The notes beneath the pieces were generated by a model, which was not told where the DNA came from, did not search any database, and saw only the letters and a program-made list of their open reading frames with translations. DNA of 64,000 bases from Auanema rhodensis. Taxonomy: Eukaryota > Animalia > Nematoda. Each line of letters starts with the position of its first letter. Position 1 is the first letter of the stretch. Positions 20,301 to 35,300 of the stretch are shown one piece after another. A program made the position numbers and the translations under genes. The DNA is taken from positions 18,352,001 through 18,416,000 of the forward strand of contig OZ059897.1 of NCBI GenBank assembly GCA_964057225.1, read 5' to 3'.

Positions 20301-23300
20301 TAGTGTATGTTGAGTTTCCATGTACACTCAACATTGCTTCCAAAAACATTTTGACAAAAATTTTTTCGAAAAATTTCAAAATAATTTAGCAAAAAGTAGA
20401 TGTTTTTAGATTTCTTTTTTCAAGGCAAAGACGATGGACAATGTTATTCAACGAAAAAATTATTTCTTCAGGGTGAAAATCGAGGATATAAGTGTGAACT
20501 TATATCAGTTGATATCTCGGTGCATTTTTAAGCTAGCGCAAATCTGATAACACAGATCGACGCAGCTTAAAAATCCGCATCGAATGCACTTTACTACATT
20601 GAGAAACGCTTGATACAAAAATTAGTTATGATCGTTTGAAAAATGATGCATTAGTGTATGTTGAGTTTCCATGTACACTCAACATTGCTTCCAAAAACAT
20701 TTTGACAAAAATTTTTTCGAAAAATTTCAAAATAATTTAGCAAAAAGTAGATGTTTTTAGATTCCATTTTTCAAGGCAAAGACGATAGACAATGTTATTC
20801 AACGAAAAAATTAATTCTTCAGGGTGAAAATCGAGGATATAAGTGTGAACTTATATCAGTTGATATCTCGGTGCATTTTTAAGCTAGCGCAAATCTGATA
20901 ACACAGATCGACGCAGCTTAAAAATCCGCATCGAATGCACTATACTACATTGAGAAACGCTTAATACAAAAATTAGTTATAATCGTTTGAAAAATGATGC
21001 ATTAGTGTATGTTGAGTTTCCATGTACACTCAACATTGCTTCCAAAAACATTTTGACAAAAATTTTTTCGAAAAATTTCAAAATAATTTAGCAAAAAGTA
21101 GATGTTTTTAGATTTCATTTTTCAAGGCAAAGACGATGGACAATGTTATTCAACGAAAAAATTAATTCTTCAGGGTGAAAATCGAGGATATAAGTGTGAA
21201 CTTATATCAGTTGATATCTCGGTGCATTTTTAAGCTAGCGCAAATCTGATAACACAGATCGACGCAGCTTAAAAATCCGCATCGAATGCACTATACTACA
21301 TTGAGAAACGCTTAATACAAAAATTAGTTATGATCGTTTGAAAAATGATGCATTAGTGTATGTTGAGTTTCCATGTACACTCAACATTGCTTCCAAAAAC
21401 ATTTTGACAAAAATTTTTTCGAAAAATTTCAAAATAATTTAGCAAAAAGTAGATGTTTTTAGATTTCTTTTTTCAAGGCAAAGACGATGGACAATGTTAT
21501 TCAACGAAAAAATCATTTCTTCAGGGTGAAAATCGAGGATATAAGTGTGAACTTATATCAGTTGATATCTGGGTGCATTTTTAAGCTAGCGCAAATCTGA
21601 TAACACAGATCGACGCAGCTTAAAAATCCGCATCGAATGCACTATACTACATTGAGAAACGCTTGATACAAAAATTAGTTATGATCGTTTGAAAAATGAT
21701 GCATTAGTGTATGTTGAGTTTCCATGTACACTCAACATTGCTTCCAAAAACATTTTGACAAAAATTTTTTCGAAAAATTTCAAAATAATTTAGCAAAAAG
21801 TAGATGTTTTTAGATTCCATTTTTCAAGGCAAAGACGATAGACAATGTTATTCAACGAAAAAATTAATTCTTCAGGGTGAAAATCGAGGATATAAGTGTG
21901 AACTTATATCAGTTGATATCTCGGTGCATTTTTAAGCTAGCGCAAATCTGATAACACAGATCGACGCAGCTTAAAAATCCGCATCGAATGCACTATACTA
22001 CATTAAGAAACGCTTGATACAAAAATTAGTTATGATCGTTTGAAAAATGATGCATTAGTGTATGTTGAGTTTCCATGTACAATCAACATTGCTTCCAAAA
22101 ACATTTTGACAAAAATTTTTTCGAAAAATTTCAAAATAATTTAGCAAAAAGTAGATGTTTTTAGATTCCATTTTCCAAGGCAAAGACGATGGACAATGTT
22201 ATTCAACGAAAAAATTAATTCTTCAGGGTGAAAATCGAGGATATAAGTGTGAACTTATATCAGTTGATATCTCGGTGCATTTTTAAGCTAGCGCAAATCT
22301 GATAACACAGATCGACGCAGCTTAAAAATCCGCATCGAATGCACTATACTACATTAAGAAACGCTTGATACAAAAATTAGTTATGATCGTTTGAAAAATG
22401 ATGCATTAGTGTATGTTGAGTTTCCATGTACAATCAACATTGCTTCCAAAAACATTTTGACAAAAATTTTTTCGAAAAATTTCAAAATAATTTAGCAAAA
22501 AGTAGATGTTTTTAGATTCCATTTTTCAAGGCAAAGACGATGGACAATGTTATTCAACGAAAAAATTAATTCTTCAGGGTGAAAATCGAGGATATAAGTG
22601 TGAACCTATATCAGTTGATATCTCGGTGCATTTTTAAGCTAGCGCAAATCTGATAAGACAGATCGACGCAGCTTAAAAATCCGCATCGAATGCACTATAC
22701 TACATTGAGAAACGCTTAATACAAAAATTAGTTATGATCGTTTGAAAAATGATGCATTAGTGTATGTTGAGTTTCCATGTACACTCAACATTGCTTCCAA
22801 AAACATTTTGACAAAAATTTTTTCGAAAAATTTCAAAATAATTTAGCAAAAAGTAGATGTTTTTAGATTTCTTTTTTCAAGGCAAAGACGATGGACAATG
22901 TTATTCAACGAAAAAATTATTTCTTCAGGGTGAAAATCGAGGATATAAGTGTGAACTTATATCAGTTGATATCTCGGTGCATTTTTAAGCTAGCGCAAAT
23001 CTGATAACACAGATCGACGCAGCTTAAAAATCCGCATCGAATGCACTTTACTACATTGAGAAACGCTTGATACAAAAATTAGTTATGATCGTTTGAAAAA
23101 TGATGCATTAGTGTATGTTGAGTTTCCATGTACACTCAACATTGCTTCCAAAAACATTTTGACAAAAATTTTTTCGAAAAATTTCAAAATAATTTAGCAA
23201 AAAGTAGATGTTTTTAGATTCCATTTTTCAAGGCAAAGACGATAGACAATGTTATTCAACGAAAAAATTAATTCTTCAGGGTGAAAATCGAGGATATAAG

Positions 23301-26300
23301 TGTGAACTTATATCAGTTGATATCTCGGTGCATTTTTAAGCTAGCGCAAATCTGATAACACAGATCGACGCAGCTTAAAAATCCGCATCGAATGCACTAT
23401 ACTACATTGAGAAACGCTTAATACAAAAATTAGTTATAATCGTTTGAAAAATGATGCATTAGTGTATGTTGAGTTTCCATGTACACTCAACATTGCTTCC
23501 AAAAACATTTTGACAAAAATTTTTTCGAAAAATTTCAAAATAATTTAGCAAAAAGTAGATGTTTTTAGATTTCATTTTTCAAGGCAAAGACGATGGACAA
23601 TGTTATTCAACGAAAAAATTAATTCTTCAGGGTGAAAATCGAGGATATAAGTGTGAACTTATATCAGTTGATATCTCGGTGCATTTTTAAGCTAGCGCAA
23701 ATCTGATAACACAGATCGACGCAGCTTAAAAATCCGCATCGAATGCACTATACTACATTGAGAAACGCTTAATACAAAAATTAGTTATGATCGTTTGAAA
23801 AATGATGCATTAGTGTATGTTGAGTTTCCATGTACACTCAACATTGCTTCCAAAAACATTTTGACAAAAATTTTTTCGAAAAATTTCAAAATAATTTAGC
23901 AAAAAGTAGATGTTTTTAGATTTCTTTTTTCAAGGCAAAGACGATGGACAATGTTATTCAACGAAAAAATCATTTCTTCAGGGTGAAAATCGAGGATATA
24001 AGTGTGAACTTATATCAGTTGATATCTGGGTGCATTTTTAAGCTAGCGCAAATCTGATAACACAGATCGACGCAGCTTAAAAATCCGCATCGAATGCACT
24101 ATACTACATTGAGAAACGCTTGATACAAAAATTAGTTATGATCGTTTGAAAAATGATGCATTAGTGTATGTTGAGTTTCCATGTACACTCAACATTGCTT
24201 CCAAAAACATTTTGACAAAAATTTTTTCGAAAAATTTCAAAATAATTTAGCAAAAAGTAGATGTTTTTAGATTCCATTTTTCAAGGCAAAGACGATAGAC
24301 AATGTTATTCAACGAAAAAATTAATTCTTCAGGGTGAAAATCGAGGATATAAGTGTGAACTTATATCAGTTGATATCTCGGTGCATTTTTAAGCTAGCGC
24401 AAATCTGATAACACAGATCGACGCAGCTTAAAAATCCGCATCGAATGCACTATACTACATTAAGAAACGCTTGATACAAAAATTAGTTATGATCGTTTGA
24501 AAAATGATGCATTAGTGTATGTTGAGTTTCCATGTACAATCAACATTGCTTCCAAAAACATTTTGACAAAAATTTTTTCGAAAAATTTCAAAATAATTTA
24601 GCAAAAAGTAGATGTTTTTAGATTCCATTTTTCAAGGCAAAGACGATGGACAATGTTATTCAACGAAAAAATTAATTCTTCAGGGTGAAAATCGAGGATA
24701 TAAGTGTGAACCTATATCAGTTGATATCTCGGTGCATTTTTAAGCTAGCGCAAATCTGATAAGACAGATCGACGCAGCTTAAAAATCCGCATCGAATGCA
24801 CTATACTACATTGAGAAACGCTTAATACAAAAATTAGTTATGATCGTTTGAAAAATGATGCATTAGTGTATGTTGAGTTTCCATGTACACTCAACATTGC
24901 TTCCAAAAACATTTTGACAAAAATTTTTTCGAAAAATTTCAAAATAATTTAGCAAAAAGTAGATGTTTTTAGATTCCTTTTTTCAAGGCAAAGACGATGG
25001 ACAATGTTATTCAACGAAAAAATTATTTCTTCAGGGTGAAAATCGAGGATATAAGTGTGAACTTATATCAGTTGATATCTCGGTGCATTTTTAAGCTAGC
25101 GCAAATCTGATAACACAGATCGACGCAGCTTAAAAATCCGCATCGAATGCACTTTACTACATTGAGAAACGCTTGATACAAAAATTAGTTATGATCGTTT
25201 GAAAAATGATGCATTAGTGTATGTTGAGTTTCCATGTACACTCAACATTGCTTCCAAAAACATTTTGACAAAAATTTTTTCGAAAAATTTCAAAATAATT
25301 TAGCAAAAAGTAGATGTTTTTAGATTCCATTTTTCAAGGCAAAGACGATAGACAATGTTATTCAACGAAAAAATTAATTCTTCAGGGTGAAAATCGAGGA
25401 TATAAGTGTGAACTTATATCAGTTGATATCTCGGTGCATTTTTAAGCTAGCGCAAATCTGATAACACAGATCGACGCAGCTTAAAAATCCGCATCGAATG
25501 CACTATACTACATTGAGAAACGCTTAATACAAAAATTAGTTATAATCGTTTGAAAAATGATGCATTAGTGTATGTTGAGTTTCCATGTACACTCAACATT
25601 GCTTCCAAAAACATTTTGACAAAAATTTTTTCGAAAAATTTCAAAATAATTTAGCAAAAAGTAGATGTTTTTAGATTCCATTTTTCAAGGCAAAGACGAT
25701 AGACAATGTTATTCAACGAAAAAATTAATTCTTTAGGGTGAAAATCGAGGATATAAGTGTGAACTTATATCAGTTGATATCTCGGTGCATTTTTAAGCTA
25801 GCGCAAATCTGATAACACAGATCGACGCAGCTTAAAAATCCGCATCGAATGCACTATACTACATTGAGAAACGCTTAATACATAAATTAGTTATGATCGT
25901 TTGAAAAATGATGCATTAGTGTATGTTGAGTTTCCATGTACACTCAACATTGCTTCCAAAAACATTTTGACAAAAATTTTTTCGAAAAATTTCAAAATAA
26001 TTTAGCAAAAAGTAGATGTTTTTAGATTCCATTTTTCAAGGCAAAGACGATGGACAATGTTATTCAACGAAAAAATTAATTCTTCAGGGTGAAAATCGAG
26101 GATATAAGTGTGAACTTATATCAGTTGATATCTCGGTGCATTTTTAAGCTAGCGCAAATCTGATAACACAGATCGACGCAGCTTAAAAATCCGCATCGAA
26201 TGCACTATACTACATTGAGAAACGCTTAATACATAAATTAGTTATGATCGTTTGAAAAATGATGCATTAGTGTATGTTGAGTTTCCATGTACACTCAACA

Positions 26301-29300
26301 TTGCTTCCAAAAACATTTTGACAAAAATTTTTTCGAAAAATTTCAAAATAATTTAGCAAAAAGTAGATGTTTTTAGATTCCATTTTTCAAGGCAAAGACG
26401 ATGGACAATGTTATTCAACGAAAAAATTAATTCTTCAGGGTGAAAATCGAAGATATAAGTGTGAACTTATATCAGTTGATATCTCGGTGCATTTTTAAGC
26501 TAGCGCAAATCTGATAACACAGATCGACGCAGCTTAAAAATCCGCATCGAATGCACTATACTACATTGAGAAACGCTTATTACAAAAATTAGTTATAATC
26601 GTTTGAAAAATGATGCATTAGTGTATGTTGAGTTTCCATGTACACTCAACATTGCTTCCAAAAACATTTTGACAAAAATTTTTTCGAAAAATTTCAAAAT
26701 AATTTAGCAAAAAGTAGATGTTTTTAGATTCCATTTTTCAAGGCAAAGACGATGGACAATGTTATTCAACGAAAAAATTAATTCTTCAGGGTGAAAATCG
26801 AAGATATAAGTGTGAACTTATATCAGTTGATATCTCGGTGCATTTTTAAGCTAGCGCAAATCTGATAACACAGATCGACGCAGCTTAAAAATCCGCATCG
26901 AATGCACTATACTACATTGAGAAACGCTTAATACAAAAATTAGTTATAATCGTTTGAAAAATGATGCATTAGTGTATGTTGAGTTTCCATGTACACTCAA
27001 CATTGCTTCCAAAAACATTTTGACAAAAATTTTTTCGAAAAATTTCAAAATAATTTAGCAAAAAGTAGATGTTTTTAGATTCCATTTTTCAAGGCAAAGA
27101 CGATGGACAATGTTATTCAACGAAAAAATTAATTCTTCAGGGTGAAAATCGAGGATATAAGTGTGAACTTATATCAGTTGATATCTCGGTGCATTTTTAA
27201 GCTAGCGCAAATCTGATAACACAGATCGACGCAGCTTAAAAATCCGCATCGAATGCACTATACTACATTGAGAAACGCTTAATACAAAAATTAGTTATAA
27301 TCGTTTGAAAAATGATGCATTAGTGTATGTTGAGTTTCCATGTACACTCAACATTGCTTCCAAAAACATTTTGACAAAAATTTTTTCGAAAAATTTCAAA
27401 ATAATTTAGCAAAAAGTAGATGTTTTTAGATTCCATTTTTCAAGGCAAAGACGATAGACAATGTTATTCAACGAAAAAATTAATTCTTCAGGGTGAAAAT
27501 CGAGGATATAAGTGTGAACTTATATCAGTTGATATCTCGGTGCATTTTTAAGCTAGCGCAAATCTGATAACACAGATCGACGCAGCTTAAAAATCCGCAT
27601 CGAATGCACTATACTACATTAAGAAACGCTTGATACAAAAATTAGTTATGATCGTTTGAAAAATGATGCATTAGTGTATGTTGAGTTTCCATGTACAATC
27701 AACATTGCTTCCAAAAACATTTTGACAAAAATTTTTTCGAAAAATTTCAAAATAATTTAGCAAAAAGTAGATGTTTTTAGATTCCATTTTTCAAGGCAAA
27801 GACGATGGACAATGTTATTCAACGAAAAAATTAATTCTTCAGGGTGAAAATCGAGGATATAAGTGTGAACCTATATCAGTTGATATCTCGGTGCATTTTT
27901 AAGCTAGCGCAAATCTGATAAGACAGATCGACGCAGCTTAAAAATCCGCATCGAATGCACTATACTACATTGAGAAACGCTTAATACAAAAATTAGTTAT
28001 GATCGTTTGAAAAATGATGCATTAGTGTATGTTGAGTTTCCATGTACACTCAACATTGCTTCCAAAAACATTTTGACAAAAATTTTTTCGAAAAATTTCA
28101 AAATAATTTAGCAAAAAGTAGATGTTTTTAGATTCCTTTTTTCAAGGCAAAGACGATGGACAATGTTATTCAACGAAAAAATTATTTCTTCAGGGTGAAA
28201 ATCGAGGATATAAGTGTGAACTTATATCAGTTGATATCTCGGTGCATTTTTAAGCTAGCGCAAATCTGATAACACAGATCGACGCAGCTTAAAAATCCGC
28301 ATCGAATGCACTTTACTACATTGAGAAACGCTTGATACAAAAATTAGTTATGATCGTTTGAAAAATGATGCATTAGTGTATGTTGAGTTTCCATGTACAC
28401 TCAACATTGCTTCCAAAAACATTTTGACAAAAATTTTTTCGAAAAATTTCAAAATAATTTAGCAAAAAGTAGATGTTTTTAGATTCCATTTTTCAAAGCG
28501 AAGACGATAGACAATGTTATTCAACGAAAAAATTAATTCTTCAGGGTGAAAATCGAGGATATAAGTGTGAACTTATATCAGTTGATATCTCGGTGCATTT
28601 TTAAGCTAGCGCAAATCTGATAACACAGATCGACGCAGCTTAAAAATCCGCATCGAATGCACTATACTACATTGAGAAACGCTTGATACAAAAATTAGTT
28701 ATGATCGTTTGAAAAATGATGCATTAGTGTATGTTGAGTTTCCATGTACACTCAACATTGCTTCCAAAAACATTTTGACAAAAATTTTTTCGAAAAATTT
28801 CAAAATAATTTAGCAAAAAGTAGATGTTTTTAGATTCCATTTTTCAAGGCAAAGACGATAGACAATGTTATTCAACGAAAAAATTAATTCTTCAGGGTGA
28901 AAATCGAGGATATAAGTGTGAACTTATATCAGTTGATATCTCGGTGCATTTTTAAGCTAGCGCAAATCTGATAACACAGATCGACGCAGCTTAAAAATCC
29001 GCATCGAATGCACTATACTACATTGAGAAACGCTTAATACAAAAATTAGTTATAATCGTTTGAAAAATGATGCATTAGTGTATGTTGAGTTTCCATGTAC
29101 ACTCAACATTGCTTCCAAAAACATTTTGACAAAAATTTTTTAGAAAAATTTCAAAATAATTTAGCAAAAAGTAGATGTTTTTAGATTCCATTTTTCAAGG
29201 CAAAGACGATAGACAATGTTATTCAACGAAAAAATTAATTCTTTAGGGTGAAAATCGAGGATATAAGTGTGAACTTATATCAGTTGATATCTCGGTGCAT

Positions 29301-32300
29301 TTTTAAGCTAGCGCAAATCTGATAACACAGATCGACGCAGCTTAAAAATCCGCATCGAATGCACTATACTACATTGAGAAACGCTTAATACATAAATTAG
29401 TTATGATCGTTTGAAAAATGATGCATTAGTGTATGTTGAGTTTCCATGTACACTCAACATTGCTTCCAAAAACATTTTGACAAAAATTTTTTCGAAAAAT
29501 TTCAAAATAATTTAGCAAAAAGTAGATGTTTTTAGATTCCATTTTTCAAGGCAAAGACGATAGACAATGTTATTCAACGAAAAAATTAATTCTTCAGGGT
29601 GAAAATCGAGGATATAAGTGTGAACTTATATCAGTTGATATCTCGGTGCATTTTTAAGCTAGCGCAAATCTGATAACACAGATCGACGCAGCTTAAAAAT
29701 CCGCATCGAATGCACTATACTACATTGAGAAACGCTTAATACAAAAATTAGTTATAATCGTTTGAAAAATGATGCATTAGTGTATGTTGAGTTTCCATGT
29801 ACACTCAACATTGCTTCCAAAAACATTTTGACAAAAATTTTTTCGAAAAATTTCAAAATAATTTAGCAAAAAGTAGATGTTTTTAGATTCCATTTTTCAA
29901 GGCAAAGACGATAGACAATGTTATTCAACGAAAAAATTAATTCTTTAGGGTGAAAATCGAGGATATAAGTGTGAACTTATATCAGTTGATATCTCGGTGC
30001 ATTTTTAAGCTAGCGCAAATCTGATAACACAGATCGACGCAGCTTAAAAATCCGCATCGAATGCACTATACTACATTGAGAAACGCTTAATACATAAATT
30101 AGTTATGATCGTTTGAAAAATGATGCATTAGTGTATGTTGAGTTTCCATGTACACTCAACATTGCTTCCAAAAACATTTTGACAAAAATTTTTTCGAAAA
30201 ATTTCAAAATAATTTAGCAAAAAGTAGATGTTTTTAGATTCCATTTTTCAAGGCAAAGACGATAGACAATGTTATTCAACGAAAAAATTAATTCTTCAGG
30301 GTGAAAATCGAGGATATAAGTGTGAACTTATATCAGTTGATATCTCGGTGCATTTTTAAGCTAGCGCAAATCTGATAACACAGATCGACGCAGCTTAAAA
30401 ATCCGCATCGAATGCACTATACTACATTGAGAAACGCTTAATACAAAAATTAGTTATAATCGTTTGAAAAATGATGCATTAGTGTATGTTGAGTTTCCAT
30501 GTACACTCAACATTGCTTCCAAAAACATTTTGACAAAAATTTTTTCGAAAAATTTCAAAATAATTTAGCAAAAAGTAGATGTTTTTAGATTCCATTTTTC
30601 AAGGCAAAGACGATAGACAATGTTATTCAACGAAAAAATTAATTCTTTAGGGTGAAAATCGAGGATATAAGTGTGAACTTATATCAGTTGATATCTCGGT
30701 GCATTTTTAAGCTAGCGCAAATCTGATAACACAGATCGACGCAGCTTAAAAATCCGCATCGAATGCACTATACTACATTGAGAAACGCTTAATACATAAA
30801 TTAGTTATGATCGTTTGAAAAATGATGCATTAGTGTATGTTGAGTTTCCATGTACACTCAACATTGCTTCCAAAAACATTTTGACAAAAATTTTTTCGAA
30901 AAATTTCAAAATAATTTAGCAAAAAGTAGATGTTTTTAGATTCCATTTTTCAAGGCAAAGACGATGGACAATGTTATTCAACGAAAAAATTAATTCTTCA
31001 GGGTGAAAATCGAGGATATAAGTGTGAACTTATATCAGTTGATATCTCGGTGCATTTTTAAGCTAGCGCAAATCTGATAACACAGATCGACGCAGCTTAA
31101 AAATCCGCATCGAATGCACTATACTACATTGAGAAACGCTTAATACATAAATTAGTTATGATCGTTTGAAAAATGATGCATTAGTGTATGTTGAGTTTCC
31201 ATGTACACTCAACATTGCTTCCAAAAACATTTTGACAAAAATTTTTTCGAAAAATTTCAAAATAATTTAGCAAAAAGTAGATGTTTTTAGATTCCATTTT
31301 TCAAGGCAAAGACGATGGACAATGTTATTCAACGAAAAAATTAATTCTTCAGGGTGAAAATCGAAGATATAAGTGTGAACTTATATCAGTTGATATCTCG
31401 GTGCATTTTTAAGCTAGCGCAAATCTGATAACACAGATCGACGCAGCTTAAAAATCCGCATCGAATGCACTATACTACATTGAGAAACGCTTAATACAAA
31501 AATTAGTTATAATCGTTTGAAAAATGATGCATTAGTGTATGTTGAGTTTCCATGTACACTCAACATTGCTTCCAAAAACATTTTGACAAAAATTTTTTCG
31601 AAAAATTTCAAAATAATTTAGCAAAAAGTAGATGTTTTTAGATTCCATTTTTCAAGGCAAAGACGATGGACAATGTTATTCAACGAAAAAATTAATTCTT
31701 CAGGGTGAAAATCGAAGATATAAGTGTGAACTTATATCAGTTGATATCTCGGTGCATTTTTAAGCTAGCGCAAATCTGATAACACAGATCGACGCAGCTT
31801 AAAAATCCGCATCGAATGCACTATACTACATTGAGAAACGCTTAATACAAAAATTAGTTATAATCGTTTGAAAAATGATGCATTAGTGTATGTTGAGTTT
31901 CCATGTACACTCAACATTGCTTCCAAAAACATTTTGACAAAAATTTTTTCGAAAAATTTCAAAATAATTTAGCAAAAAGTAGATGTTTTTAGATTCCATT
32001 TTTCAAGGCAAAGACGATGGACAATGTTATTCAACGAAAAAATTAATTCTTCAGGGTGAAAATCGAGGATATAAGTGTGAACTTATATCAGTTGATATCT
32101 CGGTGCATTTTTAAGCTAGCGCAAATCTGATAACACAGATCGACGCAGCTTAAAAATCCGCATCGAATGCACTATACTACATTGAGAAACGCTTAATACA
32201 AAAATTAGTTATAATCGTTTGAAAAATGATGCATTAGTGTATGTTGAGTTTCCATGTACACTCAACATTGCTTCCAAAAACATTTTGACAAAAATTTTTT

Positions 32301-35300
32301 CGAAAAATTTCAAAATAATTTAGCAAAAAGTAGATGTTTTTAGATTCCATTTTTCAAGGCAAAGACGATGGACAATGTTATTCAACGAAAAAATTAATTC
32401 TTCAGGGTGAAAATCGAAGATATAAGTGTGAACTTATATCAGTTGATATCTCGGTGCATTTTTAAGCTAGCGCAAATCTGATAACACAGATCGACGCAGC
32501 TTAAAAATCCGCATCGAATGCACTATACTACATTGAGAAACGCTCAATACAAAAATTAGTTATAATCGTTTGAAAAATGATGCATTAGTGTATGTTGAGT
32601 TTCCATGTACACTCAACATTGCTTCCAAAAACATTTTGACAAAAATTTTTTCGAAAAATTTCAAAATAATTTAGCAAAAAGTAGATGTTTTTAGATTCCA
32701 TTTTTCAAGGCAAAGACGATGGACAATGTTATTCAACGAAAAAATTAATTCTTCAGGGTGAAAATCGAAGATATAAGTGTGAACTTATATCAGTTGATAT
32801 CTCGGTGCATTTTTAAGCTAGCGCAAATCTGATAACACAGATCGACGCAGCTTAAAAATCCGCATCGAATGCACTATACTACATTGAGAAACGCTTAATA
32901 CAAAAATTAGTTATAATCGTTTGAAAAATGATGCATTAGTGTATGTTGAGTTTCCATGTACACTCAACATTGCTTCCAAAAACATTTTGACAAAAATTTT
33001 TTCGCAAAATTTCAAAATAATTTAGCAAAAAGTAGATGTTTTTAGATTCCATTTTTCAAGGCAAAGACGATGGACAATGTTATTCAACGAAAAAATTAAT
33101 TCTTCAGGGTGAAAATCGAGGATATAAGTGTGAACTTATATCAGTTGATATCTCGGTGCATTTTTAAGCTAGCGCAAATCTGATAACACAGATCGACGCA
33201 GCTTAAAAATCCGCATCGAATGCACTATACTACATTGAGAAACGCTTAATACATAAATTAGTTATGATCGTTTGAAAAATGATGCATTAGTGTATGTTGA
33301 GTTTCCATGTACACTCAACATTGCTTCCAAAAACATTTTGACAAAAATTTTTTCGAAAAATTTCAAAATAATTTAGCAAAAAGTAGATGTTTTTAGATTC
33401 CATTTTTCAAGGCAAAGACGATGGACAATGTTATTCAACGAAAAAATTAATTCTTCAGGGTGAAAATCGAGGATATAAGTGTGAACTTATATCAGTTGAT
33501 ATCTCGGTGCATTTTTAAGCTAGCGCAAATCTGATAACACAGATCGACGCAGCTTAAAAATCCGCATCGAATGCACTATACTACATTGAGAAACGCTTAA
33601 TACATAAATTAGTTATGATCGTTTGAAAAATGATGCATTAGTGTATGTTGAGTTTCCATGTACACTCAACATTGCTTCCAAAAACATTTTGACAAAAATT
33701 TTTTCGAAAAATTTCAAAATAATTTAGCAAAAAGTAGATGTTTTTAGATTCCATTTTTCAAGGCAAAGACGATGGACAATGTTATTCAACGAAAAAATTA
33801 ATTCTTCAGGGTGAAAATCGAAGATATAAGTGTGAACTTATATCAGTTGATATCTCGGTGCATTTTTAAGCTAGCGCAAATCTGATAACACAGATCGACG
33901 CAGCTTAAAAATCCGCATCGAATGCACTATACTACATTGAGAAACGCTCAATACAAAAATTAGTTATAATCGTTTGAAAAATGATGCATTAGTGTATGTT
34001 GAGTTTCCATGTACACTCAACATTGCTTCCAAAAACATTTTGACAAAAATTTTTTCGAAAAATTTCAAAATAATTTAGCAAAAAGTAGATGTTTTTAGAT
34101 TCCATTTTTCAAGGCAAAGACGATGGACAATGTTATTCAACGAAAAAATTAATTCTTCAGGGTGAAAATCGAAGATATAAGTGTGAACTTATATCAGTTG
34201 ATATCTCGGTGCATTTTTAAGCTAGCGCAAATCTGATAACACAGATCGACGCAGCTTAAAAATCCGCATCGAATGCACTATACTACATTGAGAAACGCTC
34301 AATACAAAAATTAGTTATAATCGTTTGAAAAATGATGCATTAGTGTATGTTGAGTTTCCATGTACACTCAACATTGCTTCCAAAAACATTTTGACAAAAA
34401 TTTTTTCGAAAAATTTCAAAATAATTTAGCAAAAAGTAGATGTTTTTAGATTCCATTTTTCAAGGCAAAGACGATGGACAATGTTATTCAACGAAAAAAT
34501 TAATTCTTCAGGGTGAAAATCGAAGATATAAGTGTGAACTTATATCAGTTGATATCTCGGTGCATTTTTAAGCTAGCGCAAATCTGATAACACAGATCGA
34601 CGCAGCTTAAAAATCCGCATCGAATGCACTATACTACATTGAGAAACGCTCAATACAAAAATTAGTTATAATCGTTTGAAAAATGATGCATTAGTGTATG
34701 TTGAGTTTCCATGTACACTCAACATTGCTTCCAAAAACATTTTGACAAAAATTTTTTCGAAAAATTTCAAAATAATTTAGCAAAAAGTAGATGTTTTTAG
34801 ATTCCATTTTTCAAGGCAAAGACGATGGACAATGTTATTCAACGAAAAAATTAATTCTTCAGGGTGAAAATCGAAGATATAAGTGTGAACTTATATCAGT
34901 TGATATCTCGGTGCATTTTTAAGCTAGCGCAAATCTGATAACACAGATCGACGCAGCTTAAAAATCCGCATCGAATGCACTATACTACATTGAGAAACGC
35001 TTAATACAAAAATTAGTTATAATCGTTTGAAAAATGATGCATTAGTGTATGTTGAGTTTCCATGTACACTCAACATTGCTTCCAAAAACATTTTGACAAA
35101 AATTTTTTCGAAAAATTTCAAAATAATTTAGCAAAAAGTAGATGTTTTTAGATTCCATTTTTCAAGGCAAAGACGATGGACAATGTTATTCAACGAAAAA
35201 ATTAATTCTTCAGGGTGAAAATCGAGGATATAAGTGTGAACTTATATCAGTTGATATCTCGGTGCATTTTTAAGCTAGCGCAAATCTGATAACACAGATC

